Shown here in pieces: positions 25,998-38,884 of a stretch of DNA of 64,000 bases. Each line of letters begins with the position of its first letter. Position 1 is the stretch's first letter. Source of the stretch: Octopus vulgaris (Eukaryota); NCBI GenBank assembly GCA_951406725.2, contig OX597819.1, positions 115,816,001 to 115,880,000 of the forward strand, written 5' to 3'. Below the pieces are notes generated by a model. That model was given only the letters and a program-made list of their open reading frames with translations. It was not told the origin of the DNA and searched no databases. The translations under genes were made by a program, and so were the position numbers.

Positions 25998-26660
25998 AAC
26001 AACAAAAATAAAAACAGCAGCAGCCGCGACAAAATTGTAGTTGTAATATTAATAGTTTAGTTCTTACGTCATATACACAACATATCTTTTAGACTTAAGA
26101 TATAAAGTAACCTAAATGAAAGCAAGTCGTTAATGAGGAATAATTGACACATAACGATAATGGACAAAGGCAAAGTTGTAGAAGCATAGATTTATAATTT
26201 ATGAGGATAAGAAACTCATAAAGAGGAGAATTAAGAGTTTAAAGAACAGATTAAGTATGGTTTAGTAGTGGCGTAGATATTCAGACAATCAGTAATGGAA
26301 ATTGTAATAAGCAATTAGAAGAAAATAAGCGAAAAATCAGGTATTGATTTAGGGAATTGAGAGTCTTTAATAGAAGATTATTTAAATGACTTATATTATC
26401 AATAAGGACATAAAATGATAGATAAGTTATGTGGCAAAATTTAGCGAAAGGGAAAATTAGAGTATATATTTTAATTATGATAAGGATGCAAATATACCAA
26501 CTATTAATGTAACTATGCAACTGAAGAAGTTGATCTGTTTCCGTGTATTGGGTTGCGTAGGTATATTGCATTTATAATGTGGAGAATTAATCGATAAATT
26601 TTATGGGGAGTTGGTTAATGGTGCACAACTTCTCTAAGTAACATTTCCCCTATTATTATA

Positions 26661-27582
26661 CAGGGTGATCACAAAGTCATGCACCATGGGAGATATCAGG
26701 TATGCTTTATTGACAGCGAAGTAGGTTATTAATTACAGATGTTGAAAGTGTTGGCCATGTAGCTCAAAACAAGTGTTCATACGGATTTCGAAATTGCAAT
26801 GAACCCTCTCTAATAGCTCTTCATTGCTGTTGACTTGTTCACACGTTTCGGCAATTCTTTGAAGATGTCCTTGGTCACGAATCTTTTCAGAATTCACAAG
26901 CAATCTGATGTAGCCCCGGAAGAAAAAGTTTATGGGGGTTAAATCTAGTGACCGTGGTGCCCATTCAATTGGCCGCGATGCCCAAGCCATCTCCCTGGAA
27001 AAAGTTCATTCAGAAAATCACGAACCTTTAATGGATAGTGGAGCGGAACCCCATCCTGCTGAAGCCAGATAGGGTTTCCCTTTCACGTGAGGCACCTTCT
27101 TGTTGCCAAGCATGTTCAGAGAGAGAAAAAAATGTTAGCAATTTTACATATTGCAGGATGATGATGGAAGCACTCGGTCGGTTACGACGACGAGGGTTCC
27201 TGTTGATCCGAATCAACGGAACAGCCTGCTCGTGAAATTAACGTGTAAGTGGCTGAGCACTCCACAGACACGTGTACCCTTAACGTAGTTCTTGGGGATA
27301 TTCAGCGTGACACAGAGAGTGACAAGGCCGGCCCTTTGAAATACAGGTACAACAGAAACAGGAAGTAAGAGTGAGAGAAAGTTGTGGTGAAAGAGTACAG
27401 CAGGGATCACCACCATCCCCTGCCGGAGCCACGTGGAGCTTTAGGTGTTTTCGCTCAATAAACACTCACAACGCCCGGTCTGGGAATCGAAACCGCGATC
27501 CTATGACCGCGAGTCCGCTGCCCTAACCACTGGGCCATTGCACCTCCATTGCAGGATAGTTTGTGTCTTTATGGCCATCCTG
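26661..27582 (-). mobile_element. Tc1/mariner (DD41D/rosa-like) element, internally deleted, with a SINE insertion
   Basis: TA-flanked degenerate TIRs CAGGGTGATCACAAAG / CAGGATGGCCATAAAG; translation QQDGVPLHYPLKVRDFLNELFPGRW..IEWAPRSLDLTPINFFFRGY..HGQHFQHL. Confidence 0.82.
27160..27547 (-). mobile_element. SINE family B, tail type 3, 10-bp TSD
   Basis: TSD ATTGCAGGAT at 27150-27159 and 27548-27557; nearly identical to 46980-47366. Confidence 0.93.
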
Positions 27583-27915
27583 TATTTTTCAAACCAAAAC
27601 TAGGAAAAGTGATAAAGGAATCATAAAGCTTATAACTGTACATTTTGCATAGCACCCACTACTCGAATTCTTTTTAAAAATACATTAAATGAAACACAAG
27701 TTGTTTTAGAATGAGTGTTTATTTCTATTAAAACATATAGACGGATAATAGAATTATTTTGAAAATTCCGAAAGGCAATTGTTTTGTAAAATAAATTATC
27801 AAATATAATCAAAGCACATCTTGGAGAGGCACTCTAATGATACATAAAAGTGAATGTATGTGTATATGTATATAAGTATGTAAGACGATAGAGGCGGAGA
27901 ATTCTCTTTTGTTTA

Positions 27916-27916
<1 letters not shown>

Positions 27917-28010
<94 letters not shown>
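27917..28010. repeat. (ATCT)n microsatellite
   Basis: Direct reading. Confidence 0.95.
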
Positions 28011-28152
28011 TTGTCTGTCTGTCTGTGTATATAAATAGATACATATACATCTGTCAACCGAGGAGCGTTATATTATATAAAGGTTATATTACGTAGATAC
28101 TCGAAACTACATGCGTTCAAAATATTAACTTACCGTTTTGTAACCGTATGCT

Positions 28153-28215
<63 letters not shown>

Positions 28216-28305
28216 GTGTGTGTGTGTTAGTGTCTGTGTGTGTGTGTTGAAGGTTGAAAAGCAACACACGACTTGATATATATAAGGAAAATAAGACAAG
28301 GTACA

Positions 28306-29343
28306 AAATGCTAAAATAATTTTATCATGAAATACATTTTGTAAAGATTAGTACTGGTTTCAGTCTCTTCGACATTTTCAGCTAAGAATAAAACAAGAAA
28401 AACAATTAAATTGAAGAAACAATTAAATTAAATGTTTTGTAAATATTTCCATAGTCTTCAAATAGGTAGGACATTTTTCTTTTATCTGTCTCTCTCTTTA
28501 TCTTTTCCTTTGTGAAGGCTCGGTAGGTAGTAGGAAATCTGAAGAAATAGTGTTTGTGGGTGCAGAGAAATGTGTGGTCCTGAAGTTTGATGGTATAAGC
28601 AGCAGTAGCCGAGGAAGGAGACGGGGAAGCAGAAGAAGGAAAGAAAGGAGAAGAAGACGGAAAAGAAGAAGAATAAGAAAAATTAAAGAAAAAGACGGGG
28701 TTGATATGACCCAGTAGAAGAGCTCTTCGTGGAATCTTCTTCAATGGTCAATGGACCTAAAAGTGACCAATTGTGGTTGTAGCAGTAGTAGTGTTCAAAA
28801 TAAATTCAAGGGTAGCGACTGTTCTTAACATATCTGTCGTTTTTAATATTTGCGTGAGCATTATTCTAAGATCCTTGTAGTATTGTAATCTGTGGTGGGA
28901 GCATTCAAAAGGGGTTTATATTTTGCTATAGAATATGATTCTTTTCTAATGCGCTGATTACAGGTTGCATTGTCACTGAATTTATTGAGGGGAAAATATT
29001 CTAAAATTGCGTTGTTCATTAGTGGCGCAAATGTCGATATTGCTGATGCTTAAACAATCAAACTTCAGAACGAAACATTTCTCTGCACCCATAAACGGTA
29101 TTTCTTCAGATCTGCCAGTACCTACCGATCCTTCATAGAGGAAAAGATAAAGAGAGAGACAGAAAACAGGAAAATGTCCTCCCTATTTGAAGACTATGGA
29201 AATATGTACAAAACATGTCATTTAATATTTTCTTCAATTGAATTGTTCTTCTTATTTTACTCTTTGTTATAAAAGTAGAAAAAGGCTGAAACCGGTTCTA
29301 ATCTTTACAAAATGTATTTCAGGATAAAATTATTTTAGCATTT
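28306..29343. mobile_element. Penelope-like element remnant: inverted ~300-bp pLTR-like arms
   Basis: 28306-28606 is the reverse complement of 29044-29343; the arms carry minimal hammerhead-like motifs (minus CTGAAAATGTCGAAGAGACTGAAACCAGTAC; plus GAAACCGGTTC 29288-29298). Confidence 0.6.
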
Positions 29344-30078
29344 ATATATATATATATATATGCTGATGAACTCTGTCAAAAAATATAAATATAAATACAT
29401 GCTTAAATGTATGCAATAATATATGTATATATCTATTCTTTCTCATTCGCAAAATGAGTTCCCCTTAATTTTGATCAGATTGCTTTGAATTTTAGTGTAT
29501 CGATGCAACTCTGAATTTTGATTACGATCAACCAATTACTTTATGTCGTAAATCAAAGCATCTGATGCTGTTTGGCATTAAAGTTGGGAAATTTGGGTAA
29601 TTTAGCCAATCAACAGACAGCCTGGCATTAGCAGCTTGTTACCATGACAACTGCACGCTGTGTTGTAGTTCACTGTTGTCTATGTTGATTTTTCACATTT
29701 AGTATCTTTACATATTTTTCATTTCATTTATTTTTGGGACTCATTGACTCAGATAGCTGGATTTATGATTTCACTAGATTAATTCTTTTCATAAAAAATT
29801 AGATTAGGAGTATTTCTTAAATCGTTAGCTTCACATTTCAACAGCTTAACTGAAATTTAGTACACGTAACAGAAACTGAGAGGGATATGGTGGAACAGAG
29901 AAACTGTGACTGATCCAGATAATTTGACATTATTTTTGAATTCTGCATGCAAAAGCGTATAAGATACAGGTATTCTTTTCCTTGGGACAAATTCTTTGTT
30001 GACCAGTGTTATTCTTATCATAGTTTACAAATACAAGATTTGGAGTTTTGGAGACGACGTCCCCTTTTCACACACACA

Positions 30079-30143
<65 letters not shown>

Positions 30144-31640
30144 GCACGCACTTATATATTAATGATGTACATAAATACATGGTAGGTATACATAATACTG
30201 AAGTACGCGTAAAGTAAACACATGCAGACAAATATATTAATATAACAAATTTAAAAAAATGATAAAACCATACAATCAATGAAGAGACAAAAGAAACAGT
30301 AAGATGATACGTATTGATTTTTATTAGGTATTTCTGTTTATTTAGAAACTTACAATGAACAGGTCAGACGCTAAACTATAAATTTCACAGGGTACAACCT
30401 TACAGTTGACACCGCTCCGCTAAACTCATAAAACTTCTGTTCCACTAATGGCTAAATATATCCAGTTTCTTTCGACTTTTAAACCTTTGTAACTTTTTTC
30501 TCCGTTTTTTTTTTTTCTCCACAGTATCATACCTTCAAAGCAATGAGACTAAGCTATATTATTATAGCCGATATCCAGCATTTTTTACTTCTTTTTAAAA
30601 AATGCACTTTTTGTGAAAGAAAAACACTGGATCCTATAGGGGAACATCTTTCGCAGACAAATAGCAATAGGCTATGTAGCTTTGACGTTGTCTTAAAGAA
30701 AAAAAAGCGAAAAAAGCAGCGGTCACATGTTCATGTTTGAACCTGCCACAACGTATTGAGAATGGACACAGTATTGTTTGGATTGACACTGTTTAGTCCC
30801 CAGACAGACACAAAAAACTAAGAATATTATATTGTATATTACCAAATACTGCAACAGACATTGAAAGAAGCAAAACAAAACTGACAAGGAAAAATACTTA
30901 ATTTAGAGTAATCATTTAAGTTGTACAGTATCATTTTTTAGCGTTTATAGCATTTCATTTATGGTGAACTAATTTTTTTTTGCGCAATTCTATGAAATTT
31001 AACTTGAGCCATCTTCCAACTAACTTTATTGCAAAGTTTTGTGTGAATCAGCATTCTTAGATGAATTAAGATTGTCAGAGTTTTTTTAAAGCAATTTATC
31101 AAAAATCTAGTGAATTTGTGTGATTACATTACATTATTTAATAGTAAACCCAGAGCGAAAGCGCGCAGCCACAATGCCGGTTCAATTCTTGGATCGGACA
31201 GTAACTTTTGTTTTTGAGTAAAGCAATTAATTTGACATAGCCACAGTCTACTTAACTGAATGCTCTCTCCTTGCAGCGATCAGATCCTGCGTGTATTAAG
31301 GGGTCAAAGTGTGAGAGAATGGAGTTGGTATCTATGTCTGCTCGCGTCAACACTGACACTTAAATGAACTACCAGAAACTTGCTACATGTTACCAAGCCA
31401 TATTCGTTCGCAGTTAACCGTTAGCTCTTCAATAAACTCTGCCGTTGATCAACTTCTAATCAAAGTCCACAATTAGTTATCTAGGTTAACAATTAGCCCA
31501 TCTATATTCCCACCACAATTAAGACATACCTATCCTACCACTTCTGTTTAATCGCACTAAACAACTTCCCATATATATCAGTTTACATCAGTATTAGCCA
31601 TCTTTTATGCCCTATGTATGAATTTCACTTAATAATTCTC

Positions 31641-31701
31641 ATATATATATATATAAATGTATGTGTATATATGCATATAAATGTATATGTGTATATGTAT
31701 A

Positions 31702-31756
<55 letters not shown>

Positions 31757-31781
31757 ATATATATGTATATATATGTATATA

Positions 31782-31863
<82 letters not shown>
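31641..31863. repeat. (TA)n/(TG)n compound microsatellite
   Basis: Direct reading. Confidence 0.95.
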
Positions 31864-31867
<4 letters not shown>

Positions 31868-33723
31868 CTCCTTCCTGGTATTCAGAAAGTGGTATATCTA
31901 AACGCTGTATGCTAATATGCCGATACGTAAAATTTTTGAAAGGTCATATCTGTTAATATCTTAGGTTGATACTATGATATTCCCTTCTGTGAAGTTAAGA
32001 AATAGAAACAAACGCGATCGTTCGTCATTTGTTCTGCAAAGCTGAATCAGCAAAACCCGTTCAGATTAAAAGTCTGTAACGCCAAATCTTTCATCGATTC
32101 CACCTCTGTGTACTTATCTGAGTTTCAATCATCTTACACATGACTGTACTAAAGTATTTAGTTTCTATTATAAATCGTATATGATCTACCAAAACGCCCA
32201 CTTTTACATACGTCCTACTAGCACAACATTATTTTAAAATTATATATTTAACTTTCACCTAATGCACACAAATTCTTTTGGCTTCCAAAACTTCCAGATT
32301 ATTTTGTACCATTCCTTAACAGTTTTATTTACTTCTACAACAAAACAGTTCCCTACAAAAATAAATTCTTATTCCTTTATCTGTAACCTTAATGTTTACT
32401 TCCTAGTCGTTTCATTACTTTAGAATGTTCTAATCTATTTTCTCACATACATCTCACTATCTATCCTCCATGGTTTTAACTCTAGACTATAACAACATGA
32501 ACCATATTCAACGACAGAAAGCTCTGGCACATTTTTTCACACTTTCTTAAATCTGTATAATATTTCTTCTCTTTAACTGTCTATTTACTATCACAACCAT
32601 TTACCATCGTCATCATTGCTTATTTCGATAATATAGTATAAATTTTGCAAAATAAACAACTTTATTGAAAAGTTTCTTGCTTCACAACCTGGAAGTTTTC
32701 ATACATCTTATTATGAAATGTAGCTGCCATCTATTTCCTTCTAAATCCATCTAAGTTGTTCTGTATAAAACACCATATATGCATATTTAAAAACATATCT
32801 ATCATCTTTTTATTATTAAGCATGACAAGATACTTAAGACCGAAACACTATTACAGAATATCGTAAAATATTCTTCACAGATATCTTTTCTCAACAATAA
32901 ATACTTTGAGTTCTTCTGTTGATAGAGGACGATATAGTTCCAGAACTTGCACTTCCAAATATAAAACATAAATAGCAGAAAGTAGCACAGACGGCGAATA
33001 AAGAAATGTCTCCTGTTTCCTCTTATTGTTCTTGGCTTCTTCTTCACCCCGATCTCACATTTGTTCATGAATTATATTAAATTGTTTATTTCTATTGTTC
33101 GTTTCACTTTGTATTTTAGTATTTTAAATCTCCTGTTAAGCCGTATACTTACTTATCTTTATATTACCCCGTTCATTTATTATTTTTTTTTACATTCTCT
33201 ATGCCTCTCACAAGTTGCCTCTTAGCGTCTTTTTTGATTTTATATTCTGCCTTTCGTTTTGCATTTTTCCGTCACCCATCTTACATACACATATTTTGTG
33301 CTTGTAATACTTCTCCCGTCTGAACGTAACTGTACTTTGCCAACTACGAGAGGTTGTAGGTACCGTTAGAATGAACAATATTGTCTTGGATGCTGAAATT
33401 GCAATGATTGCCAGTTGACAACTGATTGAGAATTCTTCACGACCGTTTTTGCTGTCTTTTCGCTTTCCCTGTAAAAATGTCTGTTGCACGTCTGTGCTTT
33501 ATCAAATACATACATGCATGCATACATGCATACGAGAAGTGTTCATTAAAGATTTCCCCTGACCCACTTCCGGTTATTGCAGAAAACGGAACTTGTACAG
33601 ATGTAATTATGCATGTCTCTACATGTCACATTGTAAATTGTTTCAGCAACTGGAAGCATGTTGAACTATGTATGGCATTAGAGAAAGATACCTAGCTGTT
33701 TCTTGTAATACATACATCTAAAG

Positions 33724-33847
33724 CAGGTTTTTTTCAGGGGCCCTTAAAATGATTTTGTGGATTCCCAATTTACTATTTGGTTGCTTGGACCTCCAGAATT
33801 TTATGTGGACCGTCAGGGGCCATATGGACCCCGGTTGAGAACCACCG
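33724..33847. mobile_element. Short hAT-type MITE remnant
   Basis: Right end GGTTGAGAACCACCG resembles the reverse complement of a CAGTGGTTCTCAACC-type TIR; left end degenerate. Confidence 0.5.
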
Positions 33848-34035
33848 ATCTATATGAAATTTGACGAAAAGGTAAATATATATTATTGAGCCATCAAACA
33901 CACTTCCACAAAAGTAGACACTCACACACTCATTTACACACACGTATATTTGCACCTGTGATTGTGTGATTATTAGAAATTTTTGACGTTGCTTTATTAA
34001 ATCTGCTTTGTCTATTAGCAGAGCAATTATCTATT

Positions 34036-34445
34036 TACTCTTTACTCTTTTACTTGTTTCAGTCATTTGACTGCGGCCATGCTGGAGTACCGCATGTCGA
34101 GCAAGTCGAGCAAATCGACCCCAGGACTTATTCTTTGTAAGCCTAGTACATATTCTATCGGTCTCTTTTGCTGAACCGCTAAGTTACGGGGACGTAAACA
34201 CACCAGCATCGGTTGTCAAGCGATGTTGGGGGTGCAAACGCAGACACACAAACACACAAGCACATATATATACATATATACGACGGGCTTCTTTCAGTTT
34301 CCGTCTACCAAATCCACTCACAAGGCTTTGGTCGGCCCGAGACTATAGTAGAAGACACTTGCCCAAGGTGCCACACAGTGGGACTGAACCCGGAACCATG
34401 TGTTTGGTAAGCAAGCTACCTACCAGACAGCCACTCCTGCGCCTA
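34036..34445 (-). mobile_element. SINE family A, full length
   Basis: Reverse complement of the family A sequence. Confidence 0.92.
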
Positions 34446-35059
34446 TAGAGTCTAAAAGTCTCTGCTCCATACCATTCTGCTATACCTTGCTTTGTTGCAT
34501 TCTAACCATTCATAGAATCTCTTTAACAGCAACTCATACGTGTAAGTGAGTCACTGCTGTCCTTTGAGAGGAACAGCAACTTCTAGAACTGCATTCGACA
34601 TTTTGTATTACTAATCAGTGCATACTTTCAGTGATTTATACAGATCCTAATGTTTTTCTCTAGAATTATCGATTGCATTCGCTGAAATCAATAGCCTACT
34701 TCCAGAGTGCGGGATTGTAAATGATACAGTGGACACTATGGAGTTCAATGAATAATTGATATTTATTAAAATTTCATTGAGTCTAATTTTTGAGGGGTTC
34801 GACCAGAGGAAAATGGGTAGCGCTAATGCTCTTATGCAAAGCCTTCGAGACTAGTTTTGGGAAAAGTGAGAAAGAAATCTTGTCTTTGGTGGCCTGGAGT
34901 GAATACTCGTAACAAGATTTATTTTGATGAATATTTCTCAGAACGAAGTGTGGGTGTTAAATCGAGCGACGGTTTTATTTTTATACTTAAAACCCGTTTA
35001 ATTCACCCATCAGCTTTCCTTCTACATGCTCTCCTTCTAAATGGTTTTGCCAGCAATTT

Positions 35060-35190
35060 CCCATTGGTCGGGCGGAAGCTATTCTAGAAGATAATTTTCC
35101 CGTTGTTGCTGCGTATTCGAATAGAGCCCGGAAACACGTGATTGCAAAGCATGCTTTTTAATAACGCCATATCTAATAAACAACGTCATC
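35060..35190. promoter_or_regulatory. Candidate promoter-like motif cluster
   Basis: ATTGG (CCAAT), GGGCGG, CGGAAG, TTCTAGAA, CCGGAAA, CACGTG, CGCCAT and ACGTCA within ~130 bp of non-repetitive, CpG-containing DNA. Confidence 0.3.
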
Positions 35191-35768
35191 AATATTGACT
35201 TGATTTGAAACAACGACGCATACTTCACACTTCGAGTCATACTTCAATAATAAAAGGTGTTTCATCTGACACTCTACCATTTCTGCTAATTCGCTGCCAT
35301 AAACTTCTACAAATACAATATTTAGACTGCATTATCACCATACAATTTGTGTGTCCTCAAATGTAATAACTCACCCCTTCCTTATCGCTTAACTGAAGAC
35401 AATATCTTTGTCTTTGATATTCATTTCGCACCGTCACTATCTGTCTGTGCATTTGTTGTCCTCTCTACTTCTGTCTACCACACTATCAGTATATGTATCT
35501 CACTCTCCCTTTCTCCTTCTTTTTCTCTACTTTCACACAAAAATATTAATTAGTAATCTTCTCTAATGTAATATTGATCTCGAACTAAATCGGCTGATTT
35601 TCCTATGATTAATTGGTCTGCTAAAATATTCCCGCATCTCACCCCGACATCACGCAGCGCATATACTCATTCCCATGCAGACATAAACAGACGAATCTGT
35701 GTTTGTACCGGTGCGTGTCTGTTCTATTTCCGCAAACATAACTCAACGTGATGTCTGTTGCCTGTGTC

Positions 35769-36322
35769 CATACATACATATATACATACATACATACATA
35801 CATACATACATACATACATACATACATACATACATACATACGTACATACATACATACATACATACATACATACATACATACATACATACATACATACATA
35901 CATACATACGTACGTACATACATACAAGCATATATACATACATACATACATACGTACGTACATACATACATACATACATACGTACGTACATACATACAAG
36001 CATATATACATACATACATATATACATACATACATACATACATACATACATACATAAATACATACATACATACATACATACATACATACATACGTACGTA
36101 CATACATACATACATACATACGTACGTACATACATACAAGCATATATACATACATACATATATACATACATACATACACACATACATACATACATACATA
36201 CATACATACATACATAAATACATACATACATACATACATACACACATACATACATACATACATACATACATACATACATACATACATACATACATACATG
36301 CATACATGCATACATACATACA

Positions 36323-36353
<31 letters not shown>

Positions 36354-36365
36354 GTATTCATTGTA

Positions 36366-36420
<55 letters not shown>
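35769..36420. repeat. (TACA)n tract with higher-order variant block, followed by (TA)n
   Basis: Variant 'cgtacgtacatacatacaagcatata' recurs three times. Confidence 0.95.
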
Positions 36421-36430
<10 letters not shown>

Positions 36431-37074
36431 AGGTATGTGTGTGTATTCACACATTTGCTGCCACACACAAACATGGGTGTGCAATGCACACGGTAAATAT
36501 ATTTATAAATGGAATATCTACATTTTCAATCATAGTGCGCTTGTCTTTGTATGTTTCTCTCACTCTCTCATCCTCTCTCACGTTCTATCTCTCCCTCCCT
36601 CCTCCCTCTCTCTCTATATATATATAGGTATGTATTTACGCGTACATATATATGTGGAGCTGTGTGTGTGTCTGAATATATAATTACATTTATGGCGCCT
36701 TTACCCATTAGCCTATCTATGTTATTAAACATACATAAAGTGACTTATCTTGCATATACACACATACCATCCACTGTGATCGATATCACACACACAGACA
36801 CTCACCCACAAACGCACACACGTATATATATATATGTACACGCACATATTACATATATATATATATATATATATATGCGGTGTATATATTTATCATAGTA
36901 TACTCATACACATTTTATGCGCGCAAACCTACACATACATGATCTCACGTATATACATACGCGTGTTTTGTGTATACGTATGTATATAATGTGTGTTTGT
37001 GTAAGCTATGACACTTTAATCTGTTTACATAAGGGCATTTTATATATATATATATATATACATACATACATACA

Positions 37075-37107
<33 letters not shown>

Positions 37108-37116
37108 CTCTCTATC

Positions 37117-37155
<39 letters not shown>

Positions 37156-37199
37156 ACACATACATACATATCTATATCTATAGTTATATCTATGTATCT

Positions 37200-37236
<37 letters not shown>

Positions 37237-37689
37237 TGTCTCTCTATATATGAAATGATGTATTGTTTAGTGCAAGGGTATATATTAATCTTACTATCGC
37301 AGTACACGCTGACGTATGCTTGTGATATATTATCCTGTCAATGTAAGTTTTATAACCAAATATACAGCTGTCTTGCTGAATAAAGGAAACATTTAATGAT
37401 CTTACAAAATTATAACCAAAATAGAAACACTTTTTTCTGTTTTTGCGAAGGTGGTAGATGTGCAGAAACAAAAATTCAATGTAGTATTTTTTTAGCTTAT
37501 GTTAATACCAGTTGAAGTTACCGGCAAGTTGGGTAATCGATCAGGATATCACGTGCTTGCAAGCGCTTCGTCATGTGTTTAGGGTCTTTAAAATTAAAGG
37601 GAAAACTTAGAACACAATAGGAAATAAATACTGTATTCCTACATGTTGTAATGCAAACGTTATTCTTACATTTAAATATTTTATTTTTT

Positions 37690-38150
37690 TACTCTTTTAT
37701 TCTTTTACTTGTTTCAGTCATTTGACTGCGGCCATACTGGAGCACCGCCTTTAGTCGAGCAGATCGCCCCCAGGATTTATTCTTTGTAAGCCTAGTACTT
37801 ATTCTATCGGTCCCTTGTGTCGAACCGCTAAGTTACCGGGACGTAAACACACCAGCATCAGTTGTTAAGCGATGTTGGGAGGGACAAACACAGACACACA
37901 AACACACACGCACACACATACACGCACGCACACGCAACACACACACACACACACACGCAAACACACAATATATATATACATATACACGACGGGTTTCTTT
38001 CAGTTTCCGTCTACCAAATACACTCACAAGGCTTTAGTCGGCCCGAGGCTATAGTAGAAGACACTTGTCCAAGGTACCAAGCAGTGGGACTGAAGCCGGA
38101 ACCATGTGGTTGGTTAGCAAGCTACTTATCACATAGCCACTCCTGCGCCT
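37690..38150 (-). mobile_element. SINE family A, full length
   Basis: Reverse complement of the family A sequence. Confidence 0.92.
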
Positions 38151-38218
38151 ATGGGAAAAGTACGAAAAACACCCAAATACTCAAAAACAGCCTGTAATCG
38201 CACCGAAATTCAACTTAC

Positions 38219-38300
38219 CTGATGTCCCATCAACGCTCACTGAAACTGAGTTGCACAATTTGCAATCTTGTTCAACTTTCTGTCGGTATAGTTCGGCAAG
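38219..38300 (-). other. Candidate 82-nt internal exon (LAELYRQKVEQDCKLCNSVSVSVDGTS)
   Basis: Acceptor 'ttctgattcgcctacttctcctccag', donor CAG|GTAAGT, only one frame open; no recognised gene. Confidence 0.35.
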
Positions 38301-38884
38301 CTGGAGGAGAAGTAGGCGAATCAGAACATAGACGAAACGTTGTTGTTTGATCTTCATTCCAAGTTCACTAGATGCCAAGTAGCATAATCAAAGCCATTGA
38401 TTTCAAAGGGAGACTACATTTATATGGATATAATACCTCCTACGTTTTTATTTGAACGTTAGAGGATTGAAGTGATACGAGTTTAATATGTTGTGCACGG
38501 ATACAGCATAACGACATTGGCCAGACATAACCTGTTTAGAGTTGACGTTGTTTATTCAGTGGGCAGCACAGAATCTTATCAACTCAGCCATTAGCAAATC
38601 TGTCTGTCTGGTTAGATGCCTATCCTTTCGTAGTGTGACAAATGGGTGCAATGACCAACAGCATTTGCCAAGTTTACTTTGTAATAACAACACAGTCCCT
38701 TTAAGCAGCCCCTTTAAGTCCCTCTGTGTGTGTGAGTCCCAGTCCCTTTAAGCAGGATTTTGGGTATATTCTTTCCATAGCTACAGGTCAATAAAATACT
38801 TGTGAACGAAATTTAGTCAATAGAAAAGTGGGCCGTTTATATTTTCGGGTTTATAGCGATCATTTTGAATTCTGTTCAGTTTGG

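Noticed and set aside
26100-26640. Purine-rich stretch with faint RT-like words (similar stretches at 23000-23950 and 31900-33300)
   Set aside because: Probably very old LINE debris, but no motif could be read with confidence.
38695-38755. CCCTTTAAG repeated three times
   Set aside because: Most simply a small local duplication; no supportable function.
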